Position numbers and translations under genes: made by a program
DNA from: Leptolyngbya sp. BL-A-14
Lineage (GTDB): Bacteria; Cyanobacteriota; Cyanobacteriia; Leptolyngbyales; Leptolyngbyaceae
Length of the DNA stretch: 64,000 bases
Direction of reading: 5' to 3'
Assembly (NCBI GenBank): GCA_041937185.1
Contig: CP166621.1
Coordinates: 2,452,571 to 2,516,570 of the forward strand
Notes under the pieces: generated by a model
Told to the model about the DNA's origin: nothing
Databases searched by the model: none
Seen by the model: only the letters and a program-made list of their open reading frames with translations
Shown: piece by piece, positions 58,460-64,000 of the stretch
How positions within the stretch are numbered: the first letter of the stretch is position 1
Layout of the letters: each line of letters starts with the position of its first letter

Positions 58460-58533
58460 TCGGGATGACAGGATTCGAACCTGCGGCATCCTGCTCCCAA
58501 AGCAGGCGCGCTACCAAGCTGCGCTACATCCCG
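58460..58533 (-). tRNA. tRNA-Pro (anticodon UGG), CCA not encoded
   Basis: Hand-folded cloverleaf: acceptor CGGGATG/CATCCCG, D-stem GCGC/GCGC, anticodon stem CCTGC/GCAGG with loop TTTGGGA, T-loop TTCGAAT, 74 nt. Confidence 0.9.
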
Positions 58534-58989
58534 TTATTTGCAACTTAATCAGTATAACCTGTCTCATTACGGATACGGTAACGTTTCCAAGGTTATAGCC
58601 TAATGTCACCCTTCTATTTACAGGAGGTAACGGTTTTGATCGAAAGTATACTCGTGGCTCAGATGATCATTGGGCAACCAAAGTTAAAGCCTACAGCTAA
58701 AGATTTACTGTCTGAGGGAGCCAAAATTGCAGCGGTTGGCGCGATCGCAGTGGTCTCTTCCAGAATCAAGCGTAGTAAGTAAGGCCAACTGTCTCTGTTT
58801 CACAGTGATGGTACTCTCGTCATTTTGGCAAAGACGGCTCTGGTGTTTCTATCTGCAGGCTTTGAACTCAGCCCTATGACGACTGTTGTAGGCTTCAAAC
58901 CAGGATCTTGTAGACTTTGAGCGCCTTGCTGCTTGGTTGGGCAAGCTAAAGTTTACCGACTGATCCACGAGTAAGAATCGGAGTCTTCA

Positions 58990-59340
58990 ATGAAAAAGTA
59001 TGCTTTTTTAGCCGTAGTGGCGCTCTTAGCAGTCCCTGGAATCGCTTTAAGTGAAATGGGATCGGGTGCCCCTAACGGGGATGGGATGATGAACCAGGAG
59101 AGACCCAGTGGTAGACAGGGTGGCGATCCTGCTCAGTTTCAAACACGCAAAGCTGAAATTCTCAAACGCCTTAGCGCTCGCATTACAGAACTTCAGCAAC
59201 GGCAGAGTTGTGTTCAAGCAGCGAACGATCGCCAAGCCCTCATGACCTGTATGCCCCAAAAGAAAGGGCAGCAAGGCCAACAAGGACAGCAACGGCCGCA
59301 GGGAGAGCAGGGGCCACAAGGGCAGCAGGGTCAGTATTAA
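58990..59340 (+). CDS. Small secreted protein with Gln/Gly-rich low-complexity tail
   Basis: Signal peptide MKKYAFLAVVALLAVPGIALS and a (QGQQ)n C-terminus. Confidence 0.4.
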   Translation: MKKYAFLAVVALLAVPGIALSEMGSGAPNGDGMMNQERPSGRQGGDPAQFQTRKAEILKRLSARITELQQRQSCVQAANDRQALMTCMPQKKGQQGQQGQQRPQGEQGPQGQQGQY

Positions 59341-59529
59341 TTCCGTGTAGTGGCCTTCTTTCCACTCAAGGTGAATCCCCAATCCCCGGAGCGATCGCTT
59401 GCTAAACGCTCTGGTTGGGGGCACCGTTAAGCCGTGCTTGAAAGGCTCACTATCGATGCATTGCCCGATCCCTGTGGTCGAGTTCTTTTCAATGCCTTAT
59501 TCACTCAATGATCAATTCACACACACGCA

Positions 59530-59817
59530 ATGAAACTCCTGAGGCGTCTCATCACGCTTTCCTTATTCGCATCCCTATTAGCAGCCTCCCGTGCGGCTAG
59601 TCTGCCTGTAGAACCTGATTACCCTTGCTACATGAAGAATGTAAGCGGGAGAATCATTGATCTCACACAAAAATTATGTCGTGCTAGCGAGAAAGCGACC
59701 CAAGCGACGACCAGTACGACGACCGCTAGCGTGACTGAAAGACCATCATCCAACGACACTGACGCAACTTCATCGGCAGATGATGTAGAGAGTAACTCGA
59801 ATGAAGCAGGAGAGTAA
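59530..59817 (+). CDS. Small secreted protein with EPDYPCYM motif
   Basis: Signal peptide, then VEPDYPCYMKNVSGRIIDLTQKLCR and an acidic Ser/Thr-rich tail. Confidence 0.45.
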   Translation: MKLLRRLITLSLFASLLAASRAASLPVEPDYPCYMKNVSGRIIDLTQKLCRASEKATQATTSTTTASVTERPSSNDTDATSSADDVESNSNEAGE

Positions 59818-59997
59818 ACTCTGATGTGGCAGGTTGCTTGCGTGAATGTGTTAGCGCGATCGCACAGTTACCTTCAGCCCGATAAGGAGACATAGAACGT
59901 TGTCCTGCTTTACTTAACGGCTATGTCTCCTTGAGGCCAGCGACTCTGCAATCGTCTGTGCCTAGCTCCCCTTCAGGCTTTAGCCCTAAAGCTAGAC

Positions 59998-60315
59998 CTA
60001 GTGTGTTGAGACAGCCTCGGCCTTACTGCCCTTCGCTACAACTGCAACAGTCTGCCCTTTACGTAACTTTAGCTGGCCCATTTGGCGAGGCGTTACTTGA
60101 AAGGTTTTCTGCTTACCGTTGGCTAATTTCAGCGTTAACGTTGTTTTGGTGAACGAAATGACTTGCCCTCGAAGGCGAGTACTTGTCACCATTGTGTTTT
60201 GTCCGCTCGTAGTGGCTTTTGTCGTGCTCGACATTTGACTTGCAAAGGACGGTTCGTGCAAGGCAACAGTCAACAGCAAAGGTAGAACAGCACCAAAGGC
60301 TCTTAGCTGATTCAT
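59998..60315 (-). CDS. Small secreted protein
   Basis: Signal peptide MNQLRAFGAVLPLLLTVALHEPSFA followed by a Thr/Lys-rich mature part. Confidence 0.35.
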   Translation of the reverse strand: MNQLRAFGAVLPLLLTVALHEPSFASQMSSTTKATTSGQNTMVTSTRLRGQVISFTKTTLTLKLANGKQKTFQVTPRQMGQLKLRKGQTVAVVAKGSKAEAVSTH

Positions 60316-61562
60316 TTGCGTTACTCCTTAAAAAGATTCAACGCAATATGTTCCCATACTGGCTCGAAGGCCGTATGTCACTGCATTGTCAGCAGCTTGT
60401 CACCAGGGGATGCCTTTAGAGGTGATGAAAAGCCCTCACCCTGAGCATTCCCTTCGCCCCATGTTAAGAGCAGGGAGTGGCGGATGAGGGCTGTTTTTTG
60501 ACTGCTGAGACATCCTTTAAAAGCAATGCAAACAGTCAGATTTTGGCCTCATGTTTCTGGAGGGTAAAGCATACGAAGAAAGCCAATCGCGATAAGCCAG
60601 CGCTTCGTCTTGCGAGCCAAACACGGGCGTTCTCAAAAAGGGTAAGTGTGCGATCGTGCAGGAGCGAACCAGGTAGATAGATGCCCCCCACTGCAAGTAC
60701 CAAAAGCGTTTTTGCATGGGTCTACTGAGCTCAACAGGGATAGGAAGGTTACGTTGTAATCATCCATTGGGATTTAAACTATTTCGGAAAGCTTTTCGAA
60801 AAACCACCCACACGGGTGAAGGGTTTCCCTAAGAGCCTTCAGGTTTTATTCCAGGATGACCAAGAGGAATCTAGTATTCCACAAGTGTCTCGTTACGACA
60901 ACTTGGTCTGACCCTTTTCTTTTGTAAAAGTCAGGAAAGTAGGAGGCGCTGTATGCCTGCGATCGATATCAGTAGATGAGGACATGATTGATCAGAGGCC
61001 CTTCGACTTCGCTCAAGGCTTTAAGGCCTGTGTGCAGGCAGGTTAATCACTGTTGAGCTCCGCCGTCCCTACGCGATGGACCGTATGGAAGGATTTACAG
61101 CGCTTACTGATTGGGTAAGCCGCCGCCCTGTGAATACGAGGGCAGGGTGTAGGGGTTGGGTGGTGGTGAATGCAAAGGAAAACGGCTGTAAGCCTGCAGT
61201 CGGATTGCAAAGCAGTAGCAAGGACCACCGTCAGCCTAGACTGAACAGGTGTCCTCTAAAAGTTGGTTTGAAGCCACTATCGCAAAATTTGATTGTGATA
61301 GCCGTAGATAGCCAGAGTCGAGCGATCGTGCCTGTTTGCCAACCGTCGGCGCTCTGCGACCCAATAGAAAAGCGCCTTTCTAACAGGATCCTTCGCGGTT
61401 TCTTTTAAGGTTTATCGCCAAGCATCAACACAAGCCGCCTCCCGAGGGAGCAATATTGCCTGCTGCTTGGCCGATCTCAATTCCTTGCAGGTTTCGTTGC
61501 AAAGCGCTTCAAGCGGCGGGGCCGGATGCTTGCCAGATGTTCACTCTTCAAATCCTCGATCG

Positions 61563-62084
61563 CTAATCAGGATACCAAAACATCCCTTTGATCCCCTCAG
61601 GATCAGACATAAAGCCTAAATTTCGGTAGAAATCCACTACTTGAGGGTCAGCAAAAAGCGTAATGTTACTAATATCTTCACTTCGCAGTTTCTTGATCAC
61701 CTGCTTCATAAGCGCTTTGCCCAGACCTTTATTTTGAAATTCTGGATGCACCACCACATCCCAGATTGTCGCATTGAAGGCATGGTCGGACGTGGCACGT
61801 GAAAACCCAATCAACCGTCGATGAGAGCCTCGTTGCTCCCACATAGAAACGACTAAAAAACTATGCTGAATTGCCTTTTTGACTTTTCGCAGCGGGCGGC
61901 GAGACCAGCCCACCGCATCGCACAGCTCTTCCAGCTCATACAAATCGATTTCTCGCTCTGTGCTGAAAAAAATGCGAGCTTGAGCGTGATCGCCAGCAGT
62001 CCTGCTGGTATAGTCCTCCACTTGCATCGCCTGAGATGCGGAGGGGGCATCAGAACTGCTAAACAGGCTTTTCCAAAAACCCAT
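61563..62084 (-). CDS. GNAT family N-acetyltransferase
   Basis: Acetyl-CoA-binding motif ...[16 protein letters not shown].... Confidence 0.7.
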   Translation of the reverse strand: MGFWKSLFSSSDAPSASQAMQVEDYTSRTAGDHAQARIFFSTEREIDLYELEELCDAVGWSRRPLRKVKKAIQHSFLVVSMWEQRGSHRRLIGFSRATSDHAFNATIWDVVVHPEFQNKGLGKALMKQVIKKLRSEDISNITLFADPQVVDFYRNLGFMSDPEGIKGMFWYPD

Positions 62085-62313
62085 GCGAGCGTGGTTGAGG
62101 TAGTAGTTAGATCTCGGTAATAGATAGTATACGCTCTGTGCCCTTTCTGCGTGCGGTTTAACTGACCAGATTCATCGACCAATCAACATTGTTCTAAGAA
62201 AATGGCAGCAGAGCTTGGAAATGAGGCGATCATTAACCTAAAGTAAAAGCTTTAATGCTGGGCGATCGGTTCACGATACAGATGGTCTTACCTAAAAAAC
62301 GAGTTTTTCGATT

Positions 62314-63039
62314 ATGGCGCTGGGCTTAAAGACATCGACGCTAGAACTATTGAAGCGCTTCAACCGAGCGTTTCCTCAGTTCTATGAGCAGTTTGTCAGC
62401 AGCGAGATTCAACTGCAAAATTTGAGGCTGGCGTATCATCTTTACAAAACAAAGCAGGCCGTCATTGAACTGAAGCCAGAAGGCAGTAAGAGCGCTTTGC
62501 ACTTCGCGTACCGTAACCAATCGTTTCTGCTGAGCGATATTTTTGGTGTGCTAGCGGCGTATGGGTTGACCATTCACAGCCTGAGCTTGTATGGGCAGAT
62601 CTACCCACCCATGCTCGTCTTCATCAAGCTGATCGTCTCTCGCAGTGGAAAAGCGCTGAGCGAAAAAACGGCTGAAAACGTTTGTCGTGCCATTCGGGAG
62701 GCACTGGCGGGGCGCTTTGAAGTCGAGGAAATGCTCGCGGTAGAGTTTAATCTTGATGCAGGGTTGGAGCAAGTGGAGACAGAGTTTTATGTTGATCCCG
62801 TCTTCCATCTGCCGGCGCTGCTGATTGAGGCAGACAACCAGCCTGGACTTTTCTACAAAGTGATGTATGCCATCTGGCAGGAAGATTTGCTCGTTGTAAA
62901 TGCGAACCTCCTGGTTTGGCGTGGCCGTACTCGCCTGATCCTCTATCTATTAGGTCCGAATGAGAGCCTCATCCCAGAGTATTTAGGGCAAAAAATTGCC
63001 GAGGGGATGAAGCAGCGGCTCCTGGGGCGGCGGTTTTAG
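62314..63039 (+). CDS. Hypothetical protein with two ACT-like repeats
   Basis: Two ~80-aa segments, each with an ACT-like beta-alpha-beta pattern (LLSDIFGVLAAYGLTIHSLSL; FYKVMYAIWQEDLLVVNANL). Confidence 0.35.
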   Translation: MALGLKTSTLELLKRFNRAFPQFYEQFVSSEIQLQNLRLAYHLYKTKQAVIELKPEGSKSALHFAYRNQSFLLSDIFGVLAAYGLTIHSLSLYGQIYPPMLVFIKLIVSRSGKALSEKTAENVCRAIREALAGRFEVEEMLAVEFNLDAGLEQVETEFYVDPVFHLPALLIEADNQPGLFYKVMYAIWQEDLLVVNANLLVWRGRTRLILYLLGPNESLIPEYLGQKIAEGMKQRLLGRRF

Positions 63040-63096
63040 CAAGGGATGAAGGATGAAGGATAAATTTTTTAGCCTTTAGCCTTTAGCCCTTAGCCT
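63040..63096. repeat. STRR-like heptamer array (GGATGAA x2; AGCCTTT x4)
   Basis: Direct reading. Same unit family as 1.7 kb and 8.76 kb. Confidence 0.8.
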
Positions 63097-63100
63097 TTCC

Positions 63101-63988
63101 ATGTCAGGGTACGATAGAGGCATGCAGACGATCGACATTCTGGGAGTGCCGCACGCTTACGAGTTGACGGCCCCCACTGCTTCAAAGGCTGTTCTGGTGT
63201 TTATTCACGGCTGGCTTCTCAGTCGTCACTACTGGCACCCGTTGGTTGAGCAATTGTCACCCGACTATCGGTGTTTATCTTACGATTTGAGGGGGTTTGG
63301 GGATTCTCAGCCATACCGCCCAGCCTGTGATACTACGCCTGTTGGTTATAGCTTGCTTGATTACGCCAATGACCTGGCGCTCTTGCTGAAGCACTTGCAG
63401 ATTGAGCATGCCTGGCTAGTGGGGCATTCGATCGGGGGGAGTGTGGCGCTGTGGGGAGCAGACCAACTGCCGCAGCAAGTCAAAGGCGTGATTTGTCTGA
63501 ATTCTGGCGGCGGTATTTATTTAAAGAAAGAGTTCGATCGCTTCCGAAGCGCAGGGCAGCAGTTAGTAAAGCTTCGTCCTCGCTGGCTGTGCCGCATTCC
63601 TTTGCTCGATTTGCCGTTTACACGCGCCAGTGTGAAGCGAGCGATCGCGCGTCAGTGGGGACGACAACGTTTGCTGGACTTTGTTGCTGCCACGCCTGAA
63701 GCCGCGTTAGGAATGCTGTTAGACACAACCACAGAAGCAGAAGTCCATCGCTTGCCTCAGGTGGTTGCACGGCTTAAGCAGCCTGTGTACTTTATTGCTG
63801 GAGCACAAGATCCAATCATGGAGCCAAAGTACGTGCGCCATCTAGCGAGCTTTCATCCCCTCTTTAAGGCCTGTGGAGATAACGTGGTCGAAATTGCCGA
63901 TTGCGGGCATCTGGCAATGGTGGAACAAACAGCCGCCGTGGCCACCCAGATTCGCACGATTCTTACTCAGCATGGCGCTTCAAAATAA
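63101..63988 (+). CDS. Alpha/beta hydrolase fold protein
   Basis: VLVFIHGWLLSRHYW..., nucleophile elbow LVGHSIGGSVAL, C-terminal IADCGHLAMVEQ. Confidence 0.75.
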   Translation: MSGYDRGMQTIDILGVPHAYELTAPTASKAVLVFIHGWLLSRHYWHPLVEQLSPDYRCLSYDLRGFGDSQPYRPACDTTPVGYSLLDYANDLALLLKHLQIEHAWLVGHSIGGSVALWGADQLPQQVKGVICLNSGGGIYLKKEFDRFRSAGQQLVKLRPRWLCRIPLLDLPFTRASVKRAIARQWGRQRLLDFVAATPEAALGMLLDTTTEAEVHRLPQVVARLKQPVYFIAGAQDPIMEPKYVRHLASFHPLFKACGDNVVEIADCGHLAMVEQTAAVATQIRTILTQHGASK

Positions 63989-64000
63989 GAAATACGGCTG

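Larger units (their letters stand above)
25930..58505. mobile_element. Integrated genomic island (~32.5 kb) at tRNA-Pro, bounded by 51-bp direct repeats (attL/attR)
   Basis: An identical 51-mer ACCAATCGGGATGACAGGATTCGAACCTGCGGCATCCTGCTCCCAAAGCAG lies at 25930-25980 and 58455-58505. The right copy is the 3' part of an intact tRNA-Pro. A tyrosine integrase lies next to the left copy. Identical 22-bp sub-terminal repeats sit at both ends. Confidence 0.75.

Overview
This window reads as a cyanobacterial chromosome segment. The octamer GCGATCGC (HIP1) is very frequent throughout, and several intergenic gaps carry tandem heptanucleotide (STRR-like) arrays at 1.68-1.85 kb, 7.70-7.74 kb, 8.72-8.85 kb and 63.04-63.10 kb. 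The left ~26 kb is ordinary core genome: urate-catabolism genes puuE and uraD; an EAL-domain protein; a methyltransferase-TPR-GT41 fusion; a ROK kinase; an HdrB-like protein; acpP-fabF followed by a divergent transketolase-family enzyme; a ParE-type toxin-antitoxin pair; rtcB; an EF-G paralog; truB; and psbA (E130 D1 form). Three Uma2 (DUF820) nuclease genes are scattered through the window. The main feature is a ~32.5 kb integrated element between a 51-bp direct repeat, at 25930-25980 and 58455-58505. That repeat is the 3' 46 nt of an intact tRNA-Pro(UGG) gene (58460-58533, minus) plus 5 nt. The element carries a tyrosine integrase next to the partial tRNA copy, and identical 22-bp tandem repeats (TTTAGGGCTGA x2) just inside both ends, which look like arm-type sites. 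Its cargo includes a four-gene translationally coupled replication module: a small protein, a ResIII-like SF2 helicase with a zinc ribbon and a degenerate J-like tail, a 1259-aa primase(AEP)-Zn-P-loop protein, and another small protein. Further cargo: an RHH-Uma2 pair; a block of small membrane or SH3b proteins with a TraD/FtsK-like ATPase; a GAF-LOV-PAS-PAS hybrid histidine kinase flanked by a repeated terminator hairpin; a 2-kb gene-poor repeat-rich stretch; an unusual HSDR_N(PD-D/ExK)-ParA fusion overlapping a ParB-like gene with internal repeats, plus an RHH gene and a membrane protein; and paired LamG-like proteins. Past the tRNA are small secreted proteins, a GNAT, an ACT-like protein and an alpha/beta hydrolase. 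No rRNA, CRISPR array or transposase was recognised.
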